Positions 24,882 to 38,504 of a stretch of 64,000 nucleotides of DNA are shown here, one piece after another (the stretch's first letter is position 1; each line of letters starts with the position of its first letter). The position numbers were made by a program, and so were the translations under genes. The DNA is from Torpedo marmorata. Lineage: Eukaryota. The DNA lies in contig OZ360223.1 of NCBI GenBank assembly GCA_977017645.1, positions 84,940,001 to 85,004,000 of the forward strand, given 5' to 3'. The notes beneath the pieces were generated by a model. The model did no database searches and had not been told where the DNA came from. It saw nothing but the letters and a program-made list of their open reading frames with translations.

Positions 24882-25826
24882 GATGGGTGTGTGCTGGGAA
24901 CGTCCTAATGGGTGTGTGCTGGGAACGTCCTGATGGGTGTGTGCCGGGAACGTCCTGATGGGTGTGTGCCGGGAACGTCCTGATGGGTGTGTGCTGGGAA
25001 CGTCCTGATGGGTGTGTGCTGGGAACGTCCTGATGGGTGTGTGCCGGGAACGTCCTGATGGGTGTGTGCCGGGAACGTCCTGATGGGAGTGTGCCGGGAA
25101 CGTCCTGATGGGTGTGTGCCGGGAACGTTCTGATGGGTGTATGCCGGGAACGTCCTGATGGGTGTGTGCCGGGAACGTCCTGATGGGTGTGTGCCGGGAA
25201 CGTCCTGATGGGTGTGTGCTGGGAATGTCCTGATGGGTGTGTGCCGGGAACGTCCTGATGGGTGTGTGCTAGGAATGTCCTGATGGGTGTGTGCTGGGAA
25301 CGTCCTGATGGGTGTGTGCCGGGAACATCCTGATGGGTGTGTGCCGGGAACGTCCTGATGGGTGTGTGCTGGGAATGTCCTGATGGGTGTGTGCCGGGAA
25401 CGTCCTGATGGGTGTGTGCCGGGAACGTCCTGATGTGTGTGTGCCGGGAACGTCTTGATGGGTGTGTGCCGGGAACGTCCTGATGGGTGTGTGCTGGGAA
25501 CATCCTGATGGGTGTGTGCTGGGAACGTCCTGATGGGTGTGTGCTAGGAACGTCCTGATGGGTGTGTGCTGGGAACGTCCTGATGGGTGTGTGCTGGGAA
25601 TGTCCTGATGGGTGTGTGCCGGGAACGTCCTGATGGGTGTGTGCCGGGAACGTCCTGATGGGTGTGTGCTGGGAACGTCCTGATGGGTGTGTACTGGGAA
25701 CGTCCTGATGCGTGTGTGCCGGGAACGTCCTGATGGGTGTGTGCCGGGAACGTCCTGATGGGTGTGTACTGGGAACGTCCTGATGGGTGTGTGCCGGGAA
25801 CGTCCTGATGGGTGTGTGCCGAGAAC
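24882..25826. repeat. 25-bp minisatellite, ~38 copies
   Basis: Unit TGATGGGTGTGTGC(C/T)GGGAACGTCC, period 25. Confidence 0.97.
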
Positions 25827-25999
25827 TAGCTGACCATATTTTGATGTTTTGTTGCTAAAGACAGGGTGCCACCTTCCTCCAATTCTCCATCCATAATGAG
25901 GGGCACCTTACCACCCCCAACTCCTTGTTGCAACCTCCATCAATCCCTTCTCCGCACCCCTACCCATACTCCCTGCCTGACCCTATCTCTCTCAGCAGG

Positions 26000-26330
26000 T
26001 TAGGTGAACAAAGAAAAGCTGGAGAAACAGGAGAGAAATGGTTAGTCAATGTTTCATATCAGGACCCTTTGTCGAGACTAAAGTGGGAGAGGGAGGTAAC
26101 CAGCAAAAAAAGGGGAGAGCTACGAAGGGGGCCGCAATGAGATAAATGAAGGTGGGAGAGGTGGAGACACAGGCAGGGGAGGTGACCACTAGGGTGGTGC
26201 AGTTTGAGACAAGTAGAATGGGAGCCAGTAAAGGAGAGATGGAAACAGTGCAACTGGATCGGGGTGGGGGGTTGCCCCTAAACTTGGAATGTCCAATGTT
26301 CATGGTGTTTACACCAAGTTGGAACTGACA
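26000..26330 (-). mobile_element. Old PLE 3' end
   Basis: Minus strand has ..MNIGHSKFR GIY-YIG end, a pyrimidine-rich UTR and a degenerate hammerhead at ~26050-26078. Confidence 0.5.
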
Positions 26331-26649
26331 TTTCAGTGAAAAGGAATGTATCCAATGACTAAACTAAGAATTACCGGTAGGTCATTTACTTTGGTATAAA
26401 TGAAATTTATTTAAATCTTCCATTGATTTGAATTGTTTTAGGCTTTTTAAAATTATTTTTAACTTAAAACTTTTTTTCAGATTTTTTTCAATTATTATAT
26501 TCATTTTTAATAGTCAGCACTTGTCATCAATGGTTCACTGCGCTTACCCTATGTGTACCTTTTCCAGGTCTACTGACGTTGGCTTGCTGATCTAAGCCCA
26601 AGTGGTGAGTTCACCACAGCATGGAGTCAGACAGCACTGAAAACAGATA

Positions 26650-26850
26650 ACAACACACAGAAATGATGGAGGAACTCAGCCGGTCTTGCAGTGTTCATAG
26701 GAGGTAAAGATATATTACTAAAGTTTCAGGCCTCAACCCTTCCTCAAGGTATGAGCAAAAAGTAGGCAGGCATCTGAATAATGACTTGAGACAAAAAGAG
26801 GGAAGAATGGGAGGGGGAGAGGTCCAGACCAACAGACAAAAGATGTTAGC
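26650..26850 (-). mobile_element. PLE pLTR with hammerhead motif
   Basis: GGAGGAACTCAGCCGGTC; minus strand TTGAGGAAGGGTTGAGGCCTGAAACT. Confidence 0.72.
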
Positions 26851-27490
26851 CCTATGGTTCAACTCAGAATCAGAATCAGAATCGGAATTTATTGTCATGA
26901 ACAAGTCATGAAATTCAGTGTTTTGCTGCAGCATCATAGTGCAAACATTCATATTATAACCATCTTACAACATTACTATAAAATATATATATATAAATAA
27001 TAGTGCACGAAAAGTAAGGCAGTGTCTTTGGTTCATTGATTATTTAGGAATCTTATGGCAACGGGGAAGAAGCTATCCTTGTGCTGTTGAGTGCTCGTCT
27101 TTAGGCTCCTGTACCTTTTTCCCGATGGAAGCAGAGTGAAGAGGGCATGGCCTGGGTGGTGGGGGTCTTTGAGGATAGAGGCTGCTTCTTTAAGACACCG
27201 CCTCATGTAGATGTCCTCAATGGAGTGAAGTCTGGTGCCTGTGATGTCACAGGCCGAGTTAACAACACTCTGGAGTTTATTCTTGTCCTGAGAGTTGAGG
27301 CCTCCATACCAGCTAGAATGCTCTCCACGGTACACCTGTAGAAGTTTACGAGAGTCTTCGGTGACATACCGAATCTCCTCAAACACCTTACAAAGTATAG
27401 CCGCTGGTGAGCCTTCTTTATGATTGCATCAATGTGGAGGTTCCAGGACAGATCCTCGGAGATGTTGACACCCAGGAATTTGAAGTTCTT

Positions 27491-30400
27491 TTTTTAAAAA
27501 ATATTTTATTTAAAATTTTAAATCACAAAATACATAGAATAAAATATAAAATTATCAAAAATACTTGTGATACATTTTCACCCCCCCTCCCACCCTCCCC
27601 TCCCCAACCCTCCCAACCCCACTAATCTAATAAAATATAAAAAAGAAAGAAATAGAGAAGAAAAAGATAAAGTAAGGAGAATGTCAATCTAATAAATACA
27701 TCTATAAACTAATTCAATTATGGAGGTTAGGTAGCCAGTAGATCCAATGTCCAGAGATCTTCAAATCCTTAATCCAACAGCTTTCATATAAGGGCTCCAT
27801 ATTTTCAAAAAGAAATGATATTTATTCCGTAAGTTATAAGTAATTTTTTCAAGTGGTATACATGAACGAAGTTCTGCATGCCATCTTTCTAGCCCTAAAT
27901 CAACATCAGATTTCCAAGTAATAGCAGTGCATTTCTTTGAAACAGCTAAAGCAATTCGCAAAAATTCTATTTGATACATATTTAATTTCATCTTAATACC
28001 AAATTTTTTAATATCTCCAAACAAAAATATCATAGGATCCATCGGAAATATAATCTTAAATACTTTATCTACATTTTTTTTAACTTTAAACCAAAAATCA
28101 TAGACTTTTGGAGAAAACCATGTAGAATGTACAAAAGAACCTTCCTCTTTATTACATCTGAAACATAAACCTGATAATGTCAGGTTAAACTTCTTTAATT
28201 TTTTAGGTGTTAAATATAATTGATGAAAAAAATTGTTTTGTACTAATCTATATCTAACATTAATAATCTTCGTCATACTTAATTTACATAATTCCTTCCA
28301 ATGATTTTCATCTATTATTACATTCAAATCTAATTCCCATTTTAATCTTGATTTATGAATTCCTACTTTAGGAATTTTCCTCTGAAACAATTTATACATT
28401 TGAGAAATAAATTTGTTTACATCTTCCTTAGTAACTAATAATTCTAATTCATTCTGTCTTGGTAAAATCAAAGCATGACCTAATTTCTCAATCAAAAAAG
28501 CTCTAATTTGATAATAAGCAAAAAGTGTATTATCTAATATATTAAATTTATCTTTCATTCTTTGAAAAGTAATAAATTTCCCAGCTTCAAAACAATCATT
28601 TATTTTCTTAATTCCTTTTTGAAACCAAATTTTAAATAGTTGATTATTAATAGTAAATGGAATAAGTCCATTTTGATATAAAGGCATCCTTGAAGAAATC
28701 AATCCTTTTCCTCCTATTTCCTTATCCGTCTTATTCCATATTTCTAACAAATGTTTAAGAATAGGAGAATTTTTCTTTCTTGTTGATATTAATTTAGAAT
28801 CCCATTTATAAGTAACTTGTTCTTTAGAATCTTCTCCTATATTGTTTAATTCTATTTTAATCCAAGCAGAAGATTTAGTTGAATCATAAAATTCATTAAC
28901 AAATTTTAATTGAGCTGCTTTATAATAATTTTGGAAATTAGGAAGTTGTAAACCACCCATTTCATAATTCCAAGTTAATTTTTCCATACCTACTCTTGCT
29001 AACTTTCCTTTCCATAAAAATTTTCTAATAATTGAATTTAAAGCTTTGAAATATTTTTGAGGAATTTCATAAGGAATTGATTGAAAAAGATATTGAAATC
29101 TTGGAAACACATTCATTTTAATACAATTTACTCTTCCCATTAAAGTTATAGGTAAATCTTTCCAATTTTCTAAATCCTTTTTTATTTTCACAAATAATGG
29201 TAAATAATTTAATTTATATAAATTAGCCAATTTTGTGTCAATCCTTATTCCCAAATATTTAATTCCTTCCTTTGCCCATTTAAATTGTGTAATTTCTTTA
29301 TATTTACTATAATCCCCTTGTGATAATGCCATAATTTCACTTTTATCAGAATTAATTTTATATCCTGATATTTCCCCATATTCTCTCAATAACACAGACA
29401 GTTGTACTAAAGATGTAATAGATTTTGTCATATATATCAATACATCATCTGCAAATAAATTAATTTTATGTTCTTCCGTTCCAACTTTAATACCAACTAT
29501 TTTAGGATCTTTTCTAACTAATTCTGCCAAAGGTTCTATCGCCAAAATAAATAACGCTGGTGACAAAGTACATCCTTGTCTCGTAGATCGAGTCAAAGGA
29601 AATCTTGAAGAAATCTGTCCATTTGTAACCACTTTAGCAGATGGTTCTTTATATATAGTTTTAATCCAATTAATAAACGTAATTCCAAAACCAAATTTCT
29701 CCAACACCTAAAATAAAAAATTCCACTCTAGTCTATCAAAAGCCTTTTCGGCATCTAACGTTAATACTAATGGTAAATCTTCTTTCTTTATTTGTAAATT
29801 AATTAAGCTAATTAATCTAGCTATATTATCTTTTGATTATCTATTCTTAATAAAACCAGCCTGGTCTACATGAATTAAATCTGGTAATTAATTGGCCATC
29901 CTATTAGCTAAAATTTTTGCCATTATCTTGTAATCTACATTTAACAATGAAATAGGTCTGTATGACTCAGTTTTCAATACATCTCTATCTTTTTTTGGTA
30001 TAACTGTAATTATTGCATTTAAAAATGTATCCGGTAATGAATGGGTTTCCGTAATTTGATTTAATACATCCATATACGGAGGTATCAATAAGTTTTTAAA
30101 CTCTTTATAAAATTCTGCTGGAAATCCATCATCACCTGGAGATTTACCACTCGTTAAAGAAGTAAGAACTTCATTAACTTCCCTCATTGAGAAAGGTATA
30201 TCTAAAGATTCTCTACTTTGAATATTTAATTTAGGTAATGTAATCTTAGATAAAAATCTATTAATTTTAGAATCATCTTGATCAATCTGAGAATTATATA
30301 AATTTAAATAATAATCCTTAAAAGAATCATTTATTTCTCGAGGTTTGTAAGTTATTTCCCTAGAATTCTTTTTCTTAATAGCATTTATAGTTCTAGAAGT

Positions 30401-31684
30401 TTGATCTTTTTTTAATTGCCACGCCAAAACTTTATGTGCTCTTTCCCCTAATTCATAATACCTTTGTTTCGTTCTTTCAATTAATTTCTCCATTTTATAT
30501 GTTTGTAATAAATTATAATGTAATTTTTTCCCAACTAAATTATTCCTTTTTTGAATTGATCTATTTATTTGTAAGTCTTTTTCCAAACACTCTATTTCCT
30601 TCTCTAAATTATTAACCTCTCTAAGATAATCCTTCTTAATTTTTGCTGAATAACTTATTATCTGACCTCTTAAATAAGCTTTTAAAGCTTCCCATATAAT
30701 AAATTTATTATTAGTAGAATTGGAATTTATTTGTAAAAATTCCTGAATTTCCCTTCTTATATAATCACAAAAATCTTTTCTTTTTAATAAAGAAGAATTA
30801 AATCACCAGTTATATACAGTTTTTTCTTTTTCCGGAATTATACAAGATATTAATAAAGGTGAATGATCAGAAATTATTCTCGCTTTATAAATTGCTTGTG
30901 TTATTCTATCTTGAACCTGTGAAGATAACAAAAATAAATCTATTCTAGAATATGAATCATGTCTAAAAGAATAAAACGAATAATCTTTTTCTCTAGGATT
31001 CAGTTTCCTCCAAGTATCTATTAAATTTAAATCTTTCATCAAAGTAAGAACTTTTTTAGCAATTTTAGTTCTAACAAGTGATCTTGAAGTTTTATCCATT
31101 ATTGGATCTAAACAACAGTTGAAATCTCCACCAACTAAAATATTCTCATTAGCTTCTGACAAGTGTAAAAAAGAATTTTGAATAAACTGTTCATCATCTG
31201 CATTTGGAACATACAAATTCATAAGTGTCCAAAATTCTGAATATATCTGACAATGAACAATAACATATCTACCTGCCACATCTGTAACTATCGATTGTAT
31301 ATTAAAAGGTAACTTTTTATTAATTAATATAGCTACCCCTCTTGCTTTAGAGTTAAATGAAGAAGCCACCACTTGACCAACCCATTCTCTTTTTAAATTT
31401 TGGTGTTCCGAATCTACCAAATGCGTCTCTTGTAAAAAAGCTATATCTACAATCAACTTTTTAATATACGCTAAAGTTCTCTTTCTTTTAATCGGATTGT
31501 TGAGCCCATTTATATTAACACTTACTACATTTATTTTTTTGCTATCCATCGTTGCCAAGCTTTATCAAATCTCTTTCGATCAAATCTACCAACTCTCCCC
31601 TCCAAGATTGTAAACTATTTGACATCTCCTTGAAAAAAACAATAAAAAGAAATAAAAGAAAGAAGAAAAAACAAAACCCCAATG
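27491..31684 (-). mobile_element. L1 LINE truncated just upstream of ORF2
   Basis: 16-bp TSD GGAATTTGAAGTTCTT (27475-27490 / 31685-31700); poly(A) signal and 3' UTR. Confidence 0.95.
27761..31558 (-). pseudogene. L1 ORF2p, complete length with about three frameshifts
   Basis: ORFs of 251, 232 and 648 aa covering APE (FLQETH, GGDFN, SDHSP), RT (FADD) and zinc knuckle. Confidence 0.93.
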
Positions 31685-33869
31685 GGAATTTGAAGTTCTT
31701 GACCCTCTCCACTACTGAGCCCTCGATGAGGACTGGGTTGCGTTCCCCTGATTTCCTCCTGAAGTCCACAATCATCTCCTTGGTTTTGCTGACGTTGAGT
31801 GCAAGGTTGTTGCCATTACACCATTCAACGAGCTGATCTATCTCCCTCCTGTACGATTCCTCATTGCCGTTTGTGATTCTGCCGACAACTGTGGTGTCAT
31901 CGGCAAACTTGTATATGGCATTGGAATTGTGCCTGGCCACACAGTCATGGGTGTATAACGAGTACAGCACTGGACTAAGCACACATCCTTGGGGTGTGCC
32001 TGTGTTGATAATCAGTGAGGACAGACGTTGTTTCCAATTCATACTGACTGTGGTCTTCCGATGAGAAAGTCAAGGATCCAGTTGCAGAGAGGGGTACAGA
32101 GGCCTAGAGTTTGTAGCTTCTTGACCAGCACTGAGGGAATAATGGTATTGAAGGCCGAGCTGTAGTTGATGAAGAGCAGCCCTATGTATGATTGCTGTTT
32201 ACGAGGTGATCCAGAGCTGAGTGGAGTGCCAGCGACATTGCATCTGCTGTGGAGCAATTGTGACGATAGGCAAATTGCAGTGGGTCCAGATCTTTGCTTA
32301 GGTACGTGTTAATTCTGGCCATGACCAGCCTCTCAAAGCATTTCATCACAGTAGAAGTTAGTGCTACTGGGCGGGAGTCATTGAGGCAGCTCACACTACT
32401 TTTCTTGGGTACCAAGATGATTGATGCCCTTCTGAAGCAGGTGGGATCCTCTGACTGCCACAATGAGAGTTTGAAAATGTCCTTGAACACTCCGGCTAGT
32501 TGGTTATCGCAGATTTTCAGTACCCTGCCAGGTACACCATCAGGGCCTGATAAAGTTTCACCCTCTTGAATGGTTTTGACGTCGCCCTCAGAGACAGATA
32601 TCACAGGGTCCTCAGACATTTCAGGGATCTAGTAGGCACTATTTTGATCTTCTTCTCAAAGCGGGCATAGAAGGTGTTCAGCTCATCGGGTAGTGAAGCA
32701 TCACAGCCGTCTATAGTGTTTGCCCTCGCTTTGTAGGCTGTAATGGCCTGCACTCCCTGCCATAGCTGGCGTGTATCTGTCTCTGTCTCTAGCTTCCTCC
32801 GGAATTGCCACTTTGCTTCAGAGATTGCCTTCCGTAGGTCGTGCCTGGACTTCTTGTAAAGATCCCGATCCTCGGCCTTAAACGCCCTGGTTCTCGCCCT
32901 CAGCAGGTTGCGAATTCTCTGATTCATCCAGGGCTTCTGGTTGAGGAACTCCCGGTATGTGCGCGTGGGCACACACTCATCCACGCAGGTCTTGATGAAG
33001 TCGGTGACACCTGTTGCATATTCATTCAGGTCTATAGATGAGTTCTTGAATATGTTCCAGTCCACCGATTCAAAGCAGTCCTGCAGACGCTCCTCCACCT
33101 CCCTTGACCATACTTTTGCCATCCTCACCACTAGTGCTGTGGTCTTCAGTCTCTGCTTGTATGCCGGGAGTAGAAGTACAGCCAGGTGATCAGACTTGCC
33201 GGAGTGCGTTCGTGGTATGGCTCGGTATGCGTTCTTCATGGTGGTGTAGCAGTGGTTGAGTGTGTTGGTTCCCCTGGTTTCGCATGTGACATGTTGGTGG
33301 TAGTTTGTCGGAGACTTCTTCAGATTGGCCTTATTGAAGTCCCGCACAATGATCGGGAAGGCATCAGGGTGTGCTGTCTCATGGCTGTTAATGACAGTGC
33401 TCAGTCCCTCCAGTGCCAGCCTGATGTTAGCCTGGGGCGGAATGTACACTGCGACCACGATGATGATGGTAAACTCCCTCGGCAGGTAGAATGGGCGACA
33501 CTTGATTGCCAGATGTTCCAGGTCGGGAGAGCAGGTCTGGGATGACCGTCACGTCTGTGCACCACGATGAATTGATGATGACACAAACGCCGCCTCCCCT
33601 GGTTTTTCCAGATGCCGGTGTTTGGTCAGCGCGATGGAGGGTGTAGCCCTTGGGCTGCATTGCCGTGTCCGGATTGTCCACGTTTAGCCATGTTTCTGTA
33701 AAGCACATCACTCAGCACTCCCTGATGACTCTCTGATGTTGAAGTCTGGCTTGGAGTTCATCAAGTTTGTTCTCCAAGGTTTGCCCAGGCTGATCAAGCT
33801 GCCTATCTAATGTGACTAGTTTTGGTTGTGGAGGGCAGAGCAAACCTCTAAAACAGCCACAAACAAACT

Positions 33870-34005
33870 GGTCAAAAGCCTGCAGGTGCCAGAAATCTGA
33901 AATAAAAACTGAAGTTTCTGGGAAGACCCAGGCGGTCGGGCAGCATCTATGGATGAGGGAGAAACAATCAACATTTCAGTTATGGAATATTTACTCAGAA
34001 CTGAC
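33870..34005 (-). mobile_element. Old PLE pLTR end
   Basis: AAATCTGAAATAAAAACTGAAG..GGTCGGGCAGCATCTATGG. Confidence 0.5.
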
Positions 34006-34278
34006 TATAGAGACAGTTCCGGATTGCCTTCCTCTGTGCAAAAGTACTTTGAAGGATGGTTAAATCACATCCCCACACCTTGCTGATGACCAAATAGGTC
34101 AGCAAATTTTACTGTACCAGATATTCAAAAACTATTAAAAGTTGACCAAAATCATTGACTTTCAGAGAATCTGCTGTTAGAGCAAGTGAAAGTGAAAATG
34201 TTAGTTGTGGTCACTTTCTTACAACAGCAAACAGAAATAAATGGTGCTGAAAACACAACACAGGCCTTGGCTCTAAGG

Positions 34279-34440
34279 CAGTGGTTCTCAACCTTTTTTT
34301 TCCCACTCACAAACCACCTTAAGTAATCCATTACTAACCACAGAGCACCTATGGCATAGCATGCCATAGGTGCTCTGTGGTTCGTAAGGGATTACTTAAG
34401 GTGGTATGTGAGTGGGAAAAAAAAAGGTTGAGAACCATTG
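34279..34440. mobile_element. hAT/Charlie-type palindromic MITE
   Basis: TIR CAGTGGTTCTCAACC; the whole 162 bp is an inverted repeat; perfect 8-bp TSD CTCTAAGG. Confidence 0.95.
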
Positions 34441-35773
34441 CTCTAAGGTCAGGGTTCCAGGATCAGTGTCATTCAATAATGTAATCCCTGCTACTCAGTC
34501 ATTCAATGAATGGCATGGTAATTCCTTTCACTTAAAAAAATGGCATATCTACCAACACATAATGGGTAACTTCACATGAGGTGAATTTACTTATTCATCA
34601 GAAATACTTTTTTTAAGATTGGAGGATTTTGGTGCACAGTTTGGATAGAGAACCACCATTTCTATGTAGCAGTATTATTAGTTTCCAATTGAAACCAATG
34701 CACCGTTTGGCATTTGAACTGTATTTAGGAGTGATTTGTGACATTTCCTGTCACTTTAGGCTGTGCAAATTAAATTGATTATGACAACAGATGGAAAATG
34801 GAAATACTACCATTAAAGTTAATAATAAAACTTTGAGGAGGTTCAGGAAAACATCTGCAGTTGTATCTCAGTCCTGCATTTCTGTGCCCTATCAAATCTT
34901 CTGTGTAAAAATTATGATTTCACTTTTTTTAAATTCTTTATTGCAGAATCATACTTTTTACCCAGTATTGTGCCTGAGATTGCACCTTACAGTGACGACT
35001 CTTTGCGTGCAGCTCTGACGGGAATGATCAAATATTCCCGTTCAGAACTATAAAAAGTCAACCCCAGAACCATAGAATCAAACTTACCTGTGATTAAGGA
35101 TGTCCGAAGAAGGGTAGCGGACCTTGCAATTGGCAGAAACAGCAGTCTCCGTCGGACCGCAGCACCTTTAAGCAGCCAATGCTCAGGCAAGTTAAACACC
35201 GCGGGAGTTTCAAACAGCCAGCGAACGGGCCATTTAAACTTTGCAGGAGTCGCAAGCAGCAGGCACTCAGTCCATTTAAACATCATGGGAGATTTAAAGA
35301 GACATCGCACGGAACATTTCAACACTGCAGGAGTTACCAGCAGCCGACCACGGGCCATTTAAAGAAGGCGCGACCACGTGGACACAGAAGAGGTCTACAG
35401 GTTACGCTAAGACATCAGGCCCTGAGGCTTCCACTCCCTACCATCCTTCTGGCCAACGTACAATCCTTGGAAAACAAATTCGATGAACTCTGAGTCAGAT
35501 TACAACATCTGAGAGATATCAGGGAGTTTTGTGTGATGTGCTTGACAGACACGTGGTTAAACGAGAACATTCCGGACATGGTGCTACAGTCCGAGAGCTA
35601 CACGCTCCACCGTGCTGACCGGACACCAGTGTCAGGAAAAACCAGGGGAGGTGGCATTTGTATCATCATCAATTCATCATGGTGCACAAATGTGACGGTT
35701 ATATCCCAGTCCTGCTCCCCCAACCTGGAACATCTGGCAATAAAGTGCCGCCCATTCTACCTGCCGACGGAGT

Positions 35774-35928
35774 AAAACACGAAAATCTGTAGACACCGTG
35801 GTTGAAGTAAAAAACACAAATGCTGGAGAAACTCAGCAGGTCAAAAAGTGTCTTTTATGTAGCAAAGGTAGAAATACATAACCGACGTTTCGGGCTTGAG
35901 CCCTTCATCAAAGTATGAGAAAATGCCG
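35774..35928 (-). mobile_element. Solo PLE terminus with hammerhead motif, inserted in Rex1
   Basis: 11-bp TSD GCCGACGGAGT (35763-35773 / 35929-35939). Confidence 0.9.
35877..35917 (-). ncRNA. Minimal type I hammerhead ribozyme motif
   Basis: CATACT-TTGATGA-A-GGGC TCAA GCCC-GAAACGTC-GGTTATG. Confidence 0.75.
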
Positions 35929-38504
35929 GCCGACGGAGTTCACCGCCATTATCCTGGTTGCAGTGTACATTCCACCCCAGGCTAACATCAGGCTGGCATT
36001 GGAGGGACTGAGAACTGTGATTAGCAGCCATGAGACAGCACATCCTGATGCCTTTCCGATAATTGTAGGGGACTTCAATCAGGCCAACCTGAAGAAGACC
36101 CTAACAAACTACCACCAACACGTCACATGCGAGACCAGAGGAGCCAACACACTCGACCACTGCTACACCACCATGAAGAGTGCCTACTGAGCCATACCAC
36201 GACCATACTTCAACAAGTCTGATCACCTGGCTGCACTTCTACCCCCGGCGTACAAGCAGAGACTGAGGACCACAGCACCAGTCGTGAAAATTGCGAAAGT
36301 ATGGTCGAGGGGGGCGGAGGAGCGTCTGCAGGACTGCTTTGAATTGGTGCACTGGACCATACTCAAGCACTCATCCTTAGACTTGCATGAATATGCAACA
36401 GGTGTCACCGACTTCATCAAGACCTGCGTGGATGAGTGTGTGCCAACACGCACATAGTGGGTGTTCCTCAACCAGAGGTCTTGGATGAATCAGAGGATTT
36501 GGAACCTGCTGAGGACAAGGTCAAGGACATTTAAGGCGGGAATCTAGATCTTTACAAGAAGTCCAGGTACCACCTGTGGAAGGCTATCTCTGAAACAAAG
36601 TGGCAATTCCGGAGGAAGCTAGAGACAGAGACAGATGCACGCCAGCTATGGCAGGGAGTGCAGGCCATTACAACCTACAAAACGAGGGCAAACACCATAG
36701 ATGGCTGTGATGCTTCACTACCCGAAGAGCTGAACACCTTCTATGCCTGCTTTAAGAAGGAGAACCCAACAGTGCCTACTAGAATCCATGCAAAGTCTGA
36801 GGACCCTGTGATATCGGTCTCTGAGGGCGACGTCAGAACATCTTTCAAGAGGGTGAACCCTCGCAAGGCATCAGGGCCTGGAAGGGTACTGAAAATTTGT
36901 GCCAATCAACTAGCCGGAGTGTTCACGGACATTTCCAACCTCTCATTGCTGCAGTCAGAAGTTCCCACATGTTTCAAAAGAGCATTAATCATTCCAGTGC
37001 CCAAGAAGAGCAGAGTGAGCTGCCTCAACAACTATCGCCCAGTAGCACTAACGTCTACTGTGATGAAATGCTTTGAGAGGTTGGTCATAGCCAGAATTAA
37101 CACATATCTAAGCAAATGTCTGGACCCACTGCAATTCGCCTATCGTCACAATCGCTCCACAGCAGACGCAATATCATGGGCTCTCCACTCAGCTCTGGAT
37201 CACCTTGTAAATAGCAACTCATACATACGGCTGCTCCTCGACTACAGCTCAGACTTCAACACCATTATTCCCTCAGTGCTGGTCAAGAAGCTCAAACCCT
37301 GGGCCTCTGCATCCCCTTCTGCAACTGGATCATTGACTTCCTTATTGGAAGACCACAGTCAGCACGAATTGGAAACAATGTCTCCTCCTTACTGACTATC
37401 AACACAGGCACACCTCAAGGATGCGTGCTTAGACCATTGCTCTATTCACCATACACCTATGACTGCATGGCTAAGCACAATTCCAACACTATCTACAAAT
37501 TTGCCGATGCCACCACAGTTGTCGGTAGATCACAAACAGCAATGAGGAAGCATACAGGAGGAAGATAGATCCGCTAGTTGAGTGGTGTCACACTAACAAC
37601 CTTGCACTCAATGTTAGCAAAACCAAGGAGATGATTGTGGACTTCAGGAGGAAGTCAGGAGAACATGAACCAGTCCTCACCGAGGGCTCAGCAGTGGAGA
37701 GGGTCAAGAACTTCAAATTCCTGGGTGTCAACATCTCCAAGGATCTGTTCTGGAGCCTCCATGTCAATGCAATCACGAAGAAGGCTCGCCAGCAGCTATA
37801 ATTTGTGAGGAGTTTGAGGAGATTCGGTATGTCACCAAAGACTCAAAAACTTCAACAGGTGTACCGCGGAGAGCATTCTGGTTGGTTACATCACTATCTG
37901 GTATGGAGCTGCCAACACTCAGGACAAGAAAAAACTCCATAGGGTTGTTAACTCGACATCACGAACTATCGAGATCTTAAGAATGTAGCCTCTATCCTCA
38001 AGGACCCCCACCACCCAGTCCATGCCCTCTTCACTCTGCTTCCATCGGGAAAAAGGTACTAGAGCCTAAAGACTAGCACTCAGCGGCACAAAGACAGCTT
38101 CTTCCCCGCTGCCATCAGATTCCTGAATGATGTATGAACCAAAGACACTGCCTTACTTTGACTTTTTGTGCACTACTTTTATTTATTTTGTAAGGTGGTT
38201 TATATGAATGTTTGCACTGTGATGCTGCCGTAAAATAACGAATTTTGTGACTTGTTCATGGCAATAAATTCTGATTCTGATTCTGATTCTGAATAAAATG
38301 AAACAAAATTTGCAGACTCTGACACCTCTAGTGGTCTAACTATGTATTACAAAAGCAACAAATTTACAAGATTTGTTTTTTTCTGATCAATCCAGATTTC
38401 CCATGTGACTCTGAGGAACTAACAGCAACTGTTACATTTCTGCATTTCATGCACTTTAAAGTATTTGAATGCATTGAAGTACAGTATCCCCTTTTTTTAT
38501 GTTT

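Larger units (their letters stand above)
26864..33779 (-). mobile_element. Rex1/Babar LINE (26864-27490 + 31701-33779) split by an L1
   Basis: CFTETWL, AVYIPP, KSDH, RPVALTS, PQGCVLSP, FADD; (TTCTGA)n tail. Confidence 0.93.
34977..38292 (+). mobile_element. Near-full-length degraded Rex1/Babar LINE
   Basis: 5' end homologous to 46567 onward; APE and RT motifs with many stops; (TTCTGA)n tail. Confidence 0.92.

Noticed and set aside
24882-25826. CRISPR array, or the 218-aa repetitive ORF (24847-25503)
   Set aside because: Contiguous tandem units with no unique spacers and no cas genes in a eukaryotic context; the ORF is a by-product of the repeat.
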